The position numbers and the translations under genes are program-made. This document shows positions 1 to 12,620 of a DNA stretch of 64,000 nt, one piece after another. The DNA comes from Lama glama (lineage: Eukaryota), in contig CM052817.1 in NCBI GenBank assembly GCA_028534125.1, forward strand, positions 87,174,001 through 87,238,000. Direction: 5' to 3'. The stretch's first letter is position 1. The number at the start of each line of letters is the position of its first letter. Below the pieces are notes generated by a model, which was not told the origin of the DNA, searched no databases, and saw only the letters and a list, made by a program, of their open reading frames with translations.

Positions 1-70
1 AGTACTGGGGATTGAACCCAGGACCCCATGCATGCTAAGCATGTGCTCTACCACCAAGCTATTTCCCTTC
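1..70 (-). mobile_element. tRNA-Ala-derived camelid SINE (vic-1-like); 3' part lies outside the window
   Basis: Reverse complement reads GGAAATAGCTTGGTGGTAGAGCACATGCTTAGCATGCATGGGGTCCTGGGTTCAATCCCCAGTACT, a diverged tRNA-Ala(AGC) head with A/B boxes; same head at 32120 and 53874. Confidence 0.88.
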
Positions 71-769
71 CTTGCCATCAGTGATTATTTCTGATGAAAC
101 CTGACATTGACTGGATGCAGAGAGACTGTGTGCTCAGCAGTTAGGGTATCAGCCCTGATAGAAGAAAGAGGGCTGTATGTGGTCTGCTCGCTTGCTTGTT
201 TTTTCCCCACCTAATGTCCAAAAAACAATCATGGGATTATAAAGAAGTAGTGTGATGAATAAAGCCAATAATATAATCAAAGCACAGGTATATTCACTTG
301 TTAAAGAACTTTACAAATTCCTTCTTGTTAAGAAATTAACTATGTGTCTCAGACATTTATAACTAAGCTAAAAGTCTGTAAAAATTGTGTATTTATTTTA
401 TTCTGAGTTTCAGATTTAGTACTTCTCAAACATTTTGTTGCCTACACAGTCCTGAGCTAAAGAGCTCCTTTAGGTTTTGCTATAAAGATGTAAGTAAAAT
501 GGAATAAAAACTTAAATGCTACTGGCAATAGACCTACAAAATCACACCCTGAGCAAAGCATGGGACCTCATGATTAAATTATAGAAATGGCTCATTTCTA
601 GATTCTTAGCAAAGAGTGACTGTTTCTTAAGTTGATACAATTGTGTGTTTCTAGAACAAAACAGAGTACAAGAGAGAAAATACAGCATTATTTGAGATAC
701 TCAATATATAAATTTATTTATGTATTTATTTATATTTTATACTTTTTCACTGGGTCTTGCTAATGTAGC

Positions 770-1395
770 TGTTTCTGTTAGATCATATGATAGATTTAAG
801 TTTCATTTTTCAAAATAAAAAATGCCAATTTTCCAAATTGATTGTATCATTTTACGTTTTCACCAGCAGTATATGAGAATTTAATTTCCTCCACATGTTC
901 AGTAATATTTTGTGATTGTCTGTTTTTTTTTTAAATTGTTGCCAAAATAATGGATTTGTAGGGGTGTTTTATGCTTTTAATTTGCATTTTTAAAATAAAA
1001 TGATATTAATGTTATGATGTTAAGCATATTTGATGTGCTTATTTACCATTCTTAATGTTCTTTTGTGAATTGTCTGTTAATTCTTTTGTGTATTTCTCAT
1101 ACTGATTTGATTTGTCTTTTTATTATTGATTTATAAAAGTTCTCAACGCAAGTCCTTTGTCAGATATGCATGTAATGAACATTTTCTCCCAGTTTGTGAC
1201 TTGCTTTTCTACATTAAATTTGTGACCTATGAAGAGCAAAAGTTTAAAATTTTGATCAAGTTCAGTTCATCAGGATTTTCTTTTATATTCTGTGCTTTTG
1301 TTTTCTATCTGAGAAATTTTCTATTTGAGAATCTTTGGCCATTCCAAGATCATAAAGAGCTTTGCTTACGTTTTTTCTAGAAGTTTTATTCTTTG
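770..1395 (-). mobile_element. Old L1 (L1M) fragment, ORF2 3' region
   Basis: Antisense L1 motifs (ttttcaccagcagtatatgaga, tttaatttgcattt, tttctcccagtttgtgacttgcttt); ORF 1126..1380 is an antisense-L1 ORF. Confidence 0.85.
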
Positions 1396-2647
1396 AATCT
1401 TTAGAATTTTAAAATATTCATGTTATAAATGGTGTTCTTCTTATATTAATTTAAATATTAAGAGGAAGAATTACATTTCTCTTTTTTTTTAAGTTTTGAA
1501 ATTTTGTTTTATTATTTTTCCAGAGATGATGATGAAACTAGATAATTATGGAGAACTTTCCATGATCCAGAATTATCACATTGGCTGATAAGAACAACTA
1601 TGTAAGGTACTTTCTAACAATCTGTTTTCTATAGTCCTGTATAATACAAGCTGAAATAAAAAGAGGTTATGCTTAGAGTCACTCATCTAGTAAGTAGTAT
1701 ATTTGAGATCTTTCCAAACAGTACAATTTCAACAGCAAACATATTATTAAATATATTATGTCTCAAATGTGTAATTATTCTTGACCAATAATTTAAAAAA
1801 TTTTTACTAATTTAATACAAAAAGCAAACCTTCAACTTTTGATTGTTTGTCTTAAACACTACAATGCATATACATCCTAAAGTTTTAAAAATTCATTTGG
1901 GAAATTATTTCTACCTTATGCTTTTTATTTATTCTGCATATCTGTGTTTTATTTATATTTTTATTTGTTGAGATATAGTATGCATTTGGGGTTTTGTTTT
2001 TGCTATTGTCTTTCAGAAGAGAAGATTTAGTATGAGTAGTTAAGGACTTGTCATCTCTATGTTGAATTGATCCTTTTCAGATGTGTGCTGTGCAAAGGTG
2101 TAAATATACTAATCCAAGTAACCTATTTTAAGAAAAGTTCTTCATAAATTCCACAGAGATATACTTAACATTGTTAAAACAGTTCACTTGTCTGTCTTTC
2201 TTTGTGGGACAAATGTCACATATGTATCTGCAAATCCACACCATCAGCAGAATTATATGTGCTTTGTCATTACTCATTCAGTTCTTTTAATTCACTTGAC
2301 AGTTGACACTGGTTATGGGTTTTTCCACTCTCACTTAACTGAATTTACATTTATTTTTCCATTATTTGTGGACATATTTCTATACATTGAAGACAAAGAT
2401 GGATGGAAGTAAAGTAAATGGCTAAGGTATATGTCACATAGATCTGAAATGATTTCTGTAGTGACATTTTATACTCAAAAATAATCTATAAAACTTTTCT
2501 AGCATTAAGGGAGATGCTATAAATATTTGGAAAGTATTCACTGAATGAAAAATAAATAACTGAAAAATTTCACTACAGATTAACTGAATATTTATAATAG
2601 AAATAAGTTGAAATCACCATATCAGTACATCATGTTAAATAAAATTG

Positions 2648-2850
2648 TGGGCTCTGTATCCAGCTATGTTACTTTCTGATGGTTTTGGGTCAAGCCACCC
2701 AGCTTTTTGTTCTCATTGCTTATTCTGTAAAAGAGAAATAGTAATAACATTAATTCATTGAATCACAGTGATACTGAATAATTTACTTATGAAGCAGTCT
2801 GAACAGTGTTTGACACATATTAAGGGCTAATTAAAAGATAGCTATTATTT
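2648..2850 (+). mobile_element. MIR SINE
   Basis: Degenerate core (attctgtaaaagagaaatagtaataac) and tail (aacagtgtttgacacatattaagggctaattaaaagatagctattatt). Confidence 0.7.
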
Positions 2851-3174
2851 TTATTATAGATTTCATATGTCTTTGGAAAGCAATAGAAAACTTTATGTCT
2901 TTTTTAGTTAGTACTTATTAACTTCATATAGAGGTTTATGGGATTATCTTCATTAGCATTTACAACACATTACCTTGCAAATCCCATTACAAAAAAACAA
3001 ATTAAGGCTCCCTATTCCCTAAAATTTGTGTCAAGAATCAATGACTTCATCTATCATCTTTCTTTCTTCCTTTCTTTCTCTTTCTCTCCCTTCCTCCCTT
3101 CCTTCCATATCTCATCTATCTCATCATCTATCATCTCTTACTATGTGTATGTTATTATCATTTTCTTTCAAGTT

Positions 3175-3350
3175 AATGTTTCACAAAGTATGGCTTCAAA
3201 CCACCTGCATCAAAAGTATTTATGGTATGTATTAAAATAGTGATTCCAGGATCTCACTCTCAGAGATGCTAATGAATAAGACTTTAGAAAGTCTGAGGAA
3301 TTTACATTTTAACACTTGATCCTGCATCTTAGGCAAAAGAACGTTTAAAA
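3175..3350. mobile_element. hAT-Charlie MITE (MER5-like)
   Basis: caaagtatgg...ccacctgcatcaaaa...ttaaaatagtgattccagg...ggaatttacattttaaca pattern. Confidence 0.65.
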
Positions 3351-3679
3351 TTCAATGTTTTAGACAACTGATCTCTTCATTATTTTCCAAATGGTCATTC
3401 TTCCTTGGATTAAGTTTTCTCTCTATAGATAAATAGTTGTTTCATTAATTTTTCTCAATCCTCAAAGAGTACCGTAACTACATTATATTATATATCTGTC
3501 ACATTGGTTGATATTTCAAATAACATTCATCTTTCAAACTTTAACTGACATCTTATCACTTTCATGTCTACTACAACTTCAAATCCCATGTGAGAAATGC
3601 CATGAAATCCTATAGAAACTTTTATTGACTCACATGTTATCTTTCTTTCTCTATTTATTCTAACCCATATTAATTAACA

Positions 3680-3870
3680 TAGTGCAAAATGATGAAGAGT
3701 ACTTCTTTGACCATCGACCAGGAACATCTGTGTTTGAACTGACTGTGCTAGTTACTGCAGAAGTTACTTGACTTTTCTAAACCTCATTTTTGTCATCTTA
3801 AAATATTTACAAATATTGCCATATTTATTATGATTAAGTATGACTTACATGAACTGCCTAATTCATGCCT
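3680..3870 (+). mobile_element. MIR SINE
   Basis: Core aagttacttgacttttctaaacctcatttttgtcatct. Confidence 0.6.
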
Positions 3871-3958
3871 TGTGCAAATTGACTAAATCAAATAATTTAG
3901 TTTCCTGTCCTTTCACCCCCTTCACTGTTATTTATTTTGAAATATCACTTGTACGTGA

Positions 3959-3990
3959 GTGTGTGTGTGTGTGTGTCTGTGTGTGTGTGT
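3959..3990. repeat. (GT)n microsatellite
   Basis: Direct reading; one GT>CT interruption. Confidence 0.95.
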
Positions 3991-4184
3991 GCGTGCACAT
4001 GCATTACCAACTAGAGGATTAAACTCTTGGGATTCTGGTTTTGTGTCACTTTGTATCCATATCAAATGGCAGAAATATTCCATAAATAGTTTAACTACCA
4101 TCATATTAAAATATTACTTTATTAGAGTGCCAGAGCTGTATTTATCACTATTGAGTGTTAAAATGTATTGTGATTAAATGTTTA

Positions 4185-4320
4185 CAAATATGTTGTCTTC
4201 ATTAGGCTTGAGCTCTCGTATAAGGTCACTGTCTTATTTGTATATCTCTAGAGCCATCTGTAGGACCTGGTATAAAATAAAAACTTTATGTGCATATGTT
4301 GAATGAATGTATGAATGGGT
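4185..4320 (+). mobile_element. L2 LINE 3' end
   Basis: actgtcttatttgtatatctctagagcc...cctggtata...tgttgaatgaatgtatgaatg tail. Confidence 0.7.
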
Positions 4321-5579
4321 TTTACATTTCTAAAGAAATTATGAAGAACTTTGAATTCAGAAGTTTGTTTAGTTCTGGAGCAGAGTGATGGCATTATTTT
4401 TTTTTTTTACCTGATTATTGGTGTATGCATATAAAACAATTAAGATCTTTATACATTCTTTGCTATTCAGTTTAGCTCTTGTGCCATCTACTCTTTAAAT
4501 GTAGAACATGGCATCTAGTTGCTGCTGGCTGAGTGAATGAATAAACAAAGAACTAAGTTGATAGATGTTTCATAGTTTTGACAACCTGGCACTGATTTAC
4601 AAAATGGAATTTGGGATGAGTTTGAAGATAACTAGCTCAAAGCAATGATGTCCTTGTTTAGATGTAAGAATTTTTCAGTCCAAGGAATGAGGAGATGTAT
4701 CCAAGGTCACAAATTATTTACTTTGAAGACAAAAAAAGAGAGAGAATGACATACATATGGACTTTTTGTCATTTATTATGACATAAGTATTTTGCGTAAT
4801 GGAAAGCAGAAATTTAAAAAAAGCAACGTAATGAATTTGAGATTGTGCATACATTTCAAGAAAGCATAAAATAAACATTAAAATAGCTTTTTCTCTCCAT
4901 ATATAATTATATGTAATTACTCATGATCAGAAAAATGTGGACCGATAGGAAGTAAGACTCAGAATTAATCAGCAATGTATTAACACTAACAAAGTTCTTT
5001 AAATTTTGTCCAAATATTTATTATTTTGGCCAGCAATGTCACTTTGATGAAATGTTGCTCACAATGATTCATAATTGTTGGATCCTATATTATGTGACTA
5101 TGTAGGAAAAATGTTAATTAAATAGCTAATGATAATGATAACTGAATAGAGTCATTCAATTGTATACAAATTATATATGAGTCAACTCTGAGAATAATGG
5201 ATGTGATAATGGATAGAAAAAAAGTAAGTAAAAAGCATTGTCATTCTTTTAATTAAAATAACAATTTTCACTGGAAATCAGTGTATAAACCACTTATGTT
5301 ATTAAACTGAAATGCATCAAATAATATTTACATAAGAACAAGTATCATCACTTTTTAATAACTATATAAAATGAGATTATATTTGTTTAACTGATGTGAA
5401 CAAAATTATAGTTTCAGAATTTCAACATGATTTGTAGGTGTATAATATTTAGACCACAAGCCATCAGGTGTTTACTGTGTGTTGATTTTGTGCCCAGAAC
5501 TGTGACTGCCTCACCCTGAGTGAATTTCAAGAGTAAGTTTGAAGTTGATCTGAATCTTCACTGGCTCGTAACTGCCTTA

Positions 5580-5715
5580 AGTCTTTCTCAAAATGCAGAT
5601 TCCCAGATCCTTACATACAGAGATTTCCAACGTGTAAACACAGAATAGTTCCGAGGAATTTGTCACATTGACTCCTGGGATTCTTGCATGTACACAAATC
5701 TGAGAATTACCAGAC
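5580..5715. mobile_element. hAT-Charlie MITE (MER5-like)
   Basis: aaaatgcagattcccagatcc...gattcttgcatgtacacaaatctgagaattaccag. Confidence 0.65.
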
Positions 5716-6976
5716 TGGAAAATTACATAGATTTTATTTGTTCTTATTATTTCTTCTTTAATTAAAATATTGCATTATTGGTGATAAACAGTCCCTTCTC
5801 TGCTTTCTGTTCTCTGAAATCCAAATCATTGTTAAAAATGATTGACGCATAAATAAACTTTAAATATTGTACATTATCCCAGGGAACCAGCTCCACCATA
5901 CTACTAGTAGAGCATATATTGCCTAAATACTTACAAGCTGCTGAAAGAGAAAATATTCCTGCATGATACAAAGATAATTTTATTTTTCACTTTTTGTATC
6001 TGAAGGACCAGAAACTTCATGAAACATTTCTTATTATGGGTATTATCTTATTTTGCTTCTACTGATTTTGAAAAAAAAATTTTAAACTGCTGTGAAAAAT
6101 AAGGTCTACAAAACTCAGTTTTTAAAGCCTTTGAATTGGCTCAAAAGCAGTACTGTTATGTATCTATGCATAATTTCTATAAGAAAAATCAGAGAAAACA
6201 GTTTACAGCTACATTACAGGCCTAATTCTCAGTTTATTTCTAGCAATTTTCAATGAAAGAAATAAAAATTGTGCCTAAAACTATTTGGAATGCTTTAAAA
6301 CAAATAATTTTCAGATTTGCACAGTTAATATATTTGTTTTGATTTTGAAGAGTTTTTAAAAGAAAGCAACTTACTATCTGTAACATAATTACCAACTAAG
6401 CAACTGAACCCATTAATGCATACATATTCATTGTATGCAAAGCGTTGTGCTAAAAACAGTAGAGAATGCTAATCCTCTGAACACTGGAGAATATCAAGTT
6501 AGGATTAGACAGTTTCTGCTCCTTGAAGTTTATAGGTATGGATTTAAGATATGTACATATCAAGATATAATTTTTAGTCTTTTTTTAATGGATTAAGAGG
6601 AACTCTGTAATGAAAGGGACTACTAATTTTAAAGGGTAGGGATGAGGAAGAAAAGAGTACAAGTGGCAGGTCAAGGCACAAAGAGTGTAAGATAGTTCAG
6701 ATCCAAAGAGACTTACTGAGATCTGGGCACAGGGACTCAGAATCACAGCACTAGAAGAAATGAAGGTGGCCCTGGAACAAATTCCTTCATTTTACAGAAG
6801 AAGAAGTAAAATTCCAGTACCTTGTCCACTGGTACAGTGAGCTAAATTACTCTGGATCTCAAAGGGTAATGAAGCAATTAAACAGCTTGAATACAGGACA
6901 CTATTGTAAACATAAACATGACAAGGAAAGCTATCATATTTCCACTGAATATATCTAGAGATAAAATGTATAGACT

Positions 6977-7534
6977 TGGTTAGATTTACTCCTAGGTATT
7001 TTATTACTTTGGGTGCTATTTTAAAGGGGACTGGATAAAGAAGAAGTGCTATATTTATACAATGGAATACTATTCAGCCATAAAAACCAACAACATAATG
7101 CCATTTGCAGCAACATGGATGTTACTGGAGAATGTCATTCTAAGTGAAGTAAGCCAGAAAGAGAAAGAAAAATACCATATGAGATCGCTCATATGCGGAA
7201 TCTAAAAAAAAAACCCAAAAAACAAAAAACAACAACAAAAAAATACAAAACAGAAACAGACTCATAGACATAGAATACAAACTTGTGGTTGCCAGGGGGA
7301 CGAGGGGTGGGAAGGGACTGGGATTTCAAAATGTGGAATAGATAAACAAGGTCGTACTGTGTAGCACAGGGAAATATATACAGGATCTTGTGGTGGCTCA
7401 CGGCGAAAGAGAATGTGACAATGAATGTATGTATGTTCCTGTATAACTGAAAAATTGTGCTCTACACTGCAATTTGACACAACATTGTAAAATGACTATA
7501 AAACTCAACAAAAAAAGTTTATATATAAAAAAAA
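6977..7534 (+). mobile_element. Young lineage-specific L1, 5'-truncated with 5' inversion
   Basis: 6977-~7030 is antisense ORF2; ~7029-7534 is the sense ORF2 end, 3'UTR and A tail; TSD core GTATAGACT at 6968-6976 and 7535-7543. Confidence 0.92.
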
Positions 7535-8987
7535 GTATAGACTCACTTAAAAGTGTTTCAAGTATGCACCTAATTTCAACTGAAGCTGAAATATGCAAAC
7601 TTCACCATCTGTGTAAACACATAATCTGTATTTTTTTGTTACAAAAATGTGTTTTTAACAAATACCTAATGGATTGTCCCCTTTTATGGTCTTTCTGTTT
7701 TAGGAAAATAGTAAAAAATTATAAGGCTAATTAAAACAGTATTGGTCCAAAGTCATTGTAAGAATTCAGAAACTATGGTAAATGATTTCCCAGATGTATC
7801 CGTAAAAACCTACAAGATTTGCAGAAAAAATTTAGGCACTAAATTATGTTAAAAGACATAAAACATAAGAAAAATAATATATGTTTATTGTTGATGATGC
7901 TGATATTCAGCAGAATAAAAGAACAACTCTCTACATTAACCTAATTTAATACCTCCTGGGCACAGTTGTAGATCTGGATCTAAGTGTATGTAATATTCAC
8001 ATGAATAGCATTCTTCCATAAGTTAATTTTGAATGCCACTGCCAGATTGATCTTGCATGTATATATATTAACAAAAGAGAAAAAAAATACAAATATGCTT
8101 CATATGGAAATTATCTCTGTTTTTATGGACTGTATATAATTCTGTTTATAGAGAAACACTTTGACCTTAATGTGTATATTTTATTCATTTTTTTAGTGAG
8201 TTTTAAAAGACCTGTTTATTTTACTATAAGCTTTTGGGCTTTTAGTGAAGATAGCAATGTCTTACATAAATTAGGACAAATATGTTTTCTCATTACAGTG
8301 TTTTAAGAATTTGGAACAGCCTATTTTCTGAAGGAGTGTAAATGTCTAATCTATTAAGTGGCTTGCTTTACTCATCATTTTTATGCATGACTAAAGGAAA
8401 CATTCATTTCATAAGATACAAACTATCAAAATTTTAGATTATACTTCTCTGGAATAAACTATTAGCTTTTCTGAATTTTTAAAATGAGTTACAATACCTA
8501 ACTTTTCAGAATAGGTTGTTGGAGCAACACATTGTTATTAACCATTTAAAAATATATGAAACATTTTTAACTTCTTACAAAAATAGTTCTGAACATCACT
8601 AAAGATTTTCTTCATCTTACAGAGTTACAATATGAATATTTATCCGTGTAATTATGGGCTGACTTCAGTACACCCAGGTTTGCTCCCAATGTTGAGAATG
8701 TAAAATAATTTGCTTTCTGAAACTTTGTTTTCTTTTGTTTGTTTTTTTTAAATTTTTCTGTTTTTTCATCATTAATAGACTCTCTCTTGAATTCTAGTTT
8801 GAAGGTTCTACTTTGTAGTGGGCTTGGAAGTCAGATAATAACAACAAAAAAAGATGTGTTAAAAAATGTGAAATAAAAGAATGAATAAGGTTGAGGGAGA
8901 CCCTAAATGTATGTATTTTTAGGTTAGAAAAACCTGGCTACATATGGATAGGCTGTTTTGCCAGAAATCTGAGATTCTAAACAGATT

Positions 8988-9006
8988 TGTGTGTGTGTGT
9001 GTGTGT
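8988..9006. repeat. (TG)n microsatellite
   Basis: Direct reading. Confidence 0.9.
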
Positions 9007-9114
9007 ACTCAGCAAAATTTTCTGTTCATTCAGTTTGGTGATTAATGAAGAGCTCACAGAATGGGTTTTTCATATGAAATGAACTACCCCTTTCAACTAC
9101 AAACAAGTTTGAAG

Positions 9115-9490
9115 GTGTCAATTTGGTTATTTCCAGAAGCTGACCCTGAAATAAGAATTTGACTGGTAATTATTTTATTTGTCAATTGTTTCAAGAATGA
9201 CCTGCCTGGTTGAGGAGATGTCAGGAGGAAAGAGGAGAGAGTATCTCAGTGTATCGGTGAGCAGCTCCCTGCGGTGGGCAAATGGGCAGTGGTTCATCAG
9301 GGATGTGTGGACCACTGTGGGAACACATGGGAGCTATCCATCTGAGGGGTGAGACGGCTGTAGCTGGACTGTAGTCGGGGAAGGTGATTTGGGGAGGTTA
9401 ATTCCCCAGAATTTCTAGCCTCTTCATATATAGGGAGGACTGAGTATATATAAGAATATCACTGACTGAGTCTCCTGCAGAGCGTAAAGA
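9115..9490 (-). mobile_element. ERVL LTR (LTR16-like)
   Basis: ccagaagctgaccctgaaataagaatttg...ttatttg resembles the antisense LTR16 terminus; G-rich body. Confidence 0.7.
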
Positions 9491-11649
9491 TAGAATGTTA
9501 GGGTCAGATTTTTAGGGTGAGTTAAAAATAGGAAGACTAAGTTAGTTGTTAGTATGGTGTATAAATAGTGAATTATTTATGCTTGATCCATTGTAAATGT
9601 ACAATAAATCTGTCCTCAAATGTCATTTCTACTAAATATTAAGACCACCATTGTTTTGTTTCTCCTAGGGAAAGCAAGGGACATCAGAGAAGTAAGGCTC
9701 AAAGTGAAATGAGAAACATCACTGATGTTTCTAGACCCTAACAAAAAGCAAAGCTCAAATACATATGACCTTGTGACTGTACAAAGCTACTAAATTTAAA
9801 TATATATATATTTAATATATATATATATATTTATATATATATTTAAATTTCATCTGCCATTTTTACATTACTGGAATGGAAACCGACTTTTAGAATTACA
9901 CAAAATGTTCTCTAGTTTGCTCTGGTAGTTTCTGTGTTAGAAACAGTGGCTTAGGTAGTTTTCAAGATAAAGCTGGGATGACATATTTGTAAAATGAACA
10001 TTCAAAATGACATAAATGTAATGATATGGAGGTACTGGAAAAATATTTGCATCATTTAAAGTGACAAATGTTAATGTGGTAGATAAACAATCTGTCACCT
10101 GCTAGGGATACGCGTTCACAGCTGTGGGAATCAAACTGCAGCATGACTTACTGAAAGTCATTCCAGAAGCACCTGTTCCAGACAAAAGGATAAATTACTT
10201 TTATTCTCAGCTTATGTGAATATTATTTGAAATGTGGGGGTCATTTGCCACAGATTTGGCATTGTTAAGAAGACTTATCAAGTTCACAGATGTAGTGCTC
10301 ACTAAGAATCAGAGACGACTGAGCTGAGTGCAAAAAACCAAAATGCTGCAAAATTAGATAATGAAGGAGTTCCCTTTGGAAACTTAATATTTTGGCCAGT
10401 TATACCCAATAATATTGGATTTTCCTACCTTATTGTGAGAAATATAGATTATGACAGAGCTAGGCTTTTACATCTGATAAGTTTAGGCATTAGTGAAATT
10501 TTATTTTTTTTTACAAGAGAAAAATAAAGACAATAAATAAGTAAACGGACAAAAGATCTCGTATCGTTTTCAAGGACAGTGTTTAATAGTCTTACATTTG
10601 CTTGTATGGGTCAGTTTTAAATTGTTCCTCTATAATTAGTCTGTAGTTCTTATCTGTATATCAAAAGTTTAATATGACAAAATATACTTTTCTTTGTTAT
10701 ATACTATAAAAAAAGTTCTGTGATTTCTCAAATGGCTTTTTATAGAGGCATAGATTTTTAATTGATAAATATTATGGTAATGGTAATAAACATAATTTAA
10801 TAATCCCCTGGAGAGAAAGTTATGAAACTTTTATTTAAACACATTCTTTAATGGAATTCAGAGCTGCAGGAATCTAGTTCTGAAAGCAGGTGTTTTCCAA
10901 CTGTGGCTTAAAAATAAGAATCACATGGCAGAGTTATTAATAATGCAAACCTTTTCGGAAAGTTTGGTCAAGTAGTAAGTTTTTCTAATTTGTAGACTAA
11001 AATAAACAAATGCTAAGAAAACACTACACACACATAAGCATACATATATAACCTCTCAGAATCTACCTCTAATCTGAAATGCCACAAATGAAATTTTCAT
11101 GGCTGCCTAAAAATATAATGGAGAATCGTGGAAAGTTACCTTATAAAATGTATACTTACCCAAATATTTGATGTACTCCAGTGGTCAAAATAGCCATAAT
11201 TATCCTGTTCCTAGAAAACCTTATCTTTTGCATGAGGACATACCAACTTTAAAAATTGCATAGTAGGAAAGATATGATTAAAGAAATCTAAGCTAACTCA
11301 GTGCTAAAATAAATATACAATGGCAATATAAAAATAAAGTTTATAGAAGGGAGTGACTTTTATTTACATATTTCAGAATATTTTAAAATTGTTTAACAAA
11401 ACTGAATAATTATTGCAACTGAAAGAGTAGTCTTTTCTCTGTAAATTACAAAATGTTTAAAAACTGTATTAAGGTAACAAAACTAAATTAGTATTTGAAC
11501 ATTAAAACCACTGATAATTTCATCTAGTATTTCCCTTCTGAGTCCTGGGCTGTAGTAACTGGTGGATGACAGTAGTCCAGAGACCAGGGGCTTGCCTCTT
11601 CTTTTATCAGTGTGATTGAGTCTAGTCAGTTTCACCCCAGTTGTCTCAT

Positions 11650-12200
11650 ATTTTGGGTTTTCCATCATCTCATAGGTGGATTACTGACTGCCTCTATGAT
11701 GGTCTCCCCACTTCCAATTTCGTTAAATTTTCTACACTACAGGTCAGTGATATTTCTGGAGTAAAAATCTAACAGGCCTCTTCTCTTACATGAGTGATGT
11801 ACAAATTATCTGATAGCTTCTCACTTCTGTAATCCTCCCTTCTACCATTGGTCCTATGTCTAGCATTCTGTATCCAAAAGATACTGAGTTGTATATTCTC
11901 TCTAGTTTTCGATCCTTTGAAGATGCTCTTCTCTTGGCCTGTGTTACTCATCTCCTCATCTTTACCTGAATATTTTTGCTCTCATCTTCAAGATGCGATG
12001 AATGATTTGGATGTCTGGGCTGAATTATATAACTCCCAGAATGTGGATTATGTACCCCTGTCATCTGCTTTACTCTTAAATTCTGTAATACAAAAAATTT
12101 GTGAAAAACTTAAATATATTTTTATATATCAATTTTTATTTTTCTTTTTGGCAATTCCAAGAGTTCCCAACACAGAAATGCTTGCTGAGAATTACATCAA
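11650..12200 (+). mobile_element. L2 LINE fragment
   Basis: catcatctcataggtggattactg...ggtctcccc...ctacactacaggtcagtgatatttct pattern and L2-like 3' end near 12160-12200. Confidence 0.65.
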
Positions 12201-12439
12201 GAATCTTTATTAATCATCTTTAAACTTACTAACTCTACTTTGGACATAGTATCATGATCTACAAGTTTTTTCCATCGTCTACCACAATGAAAGTATTTAT
12301 TTCAACTTCAGGAAATATGAAAGAGTAGAACTACTTAAAGGAATGGGTGAATTTCAATGAAGAAAAAAATCTGATTAATTTTGTGTTGTCATGTAGGTTC
12401 CATACCAGCCATCTAGTTTAATATATGAATTTAATGCTA

Positions 12440-12620
12440 GTTATGGTAATTGAGTATCATCTACATTACTCCAAAGCTCATTAAAACTTTCAAATTATTC
12501 CCTCAGTCTTATAGTTCAGGAAATTGACACTCATGGAAACTGATTAACGTACCCAATGTCATAAAATAAGTTTTGAAGACAGTTTATGAACTCAATTCTT
12601 TGAACTCCAAACCATTGTAC
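12440..12620 (-). mobile_element. MIR SINE
   Basis: attattccc...ttatagttcaggaaattgacactca...taacgtacccaatgtcat...gaactccaaa. Confidence 0.55.

Noticed and set aside
1..70. tRNA-Ala gene (also at 32120-32193 and 53874-53953)
   Set aside because: The copies differ from each other with stem- and box-disrupting changes, and the two complete ones carry SINE tails, so they are SINEs rather than functional tRNA genes.
6713..6770. Minus-strand 34-nt AG...GTAAGT segment
   Set aside because: Overlaps a MIR-like remnant and is not frame-preserving; noted because it shows such signals arise by chance here.
11848..12213. 121-aa ORF, the longest without Ns
   Set aside because: Non-ATG start, lies in a degenerate L2 and shows no recognisable domain.
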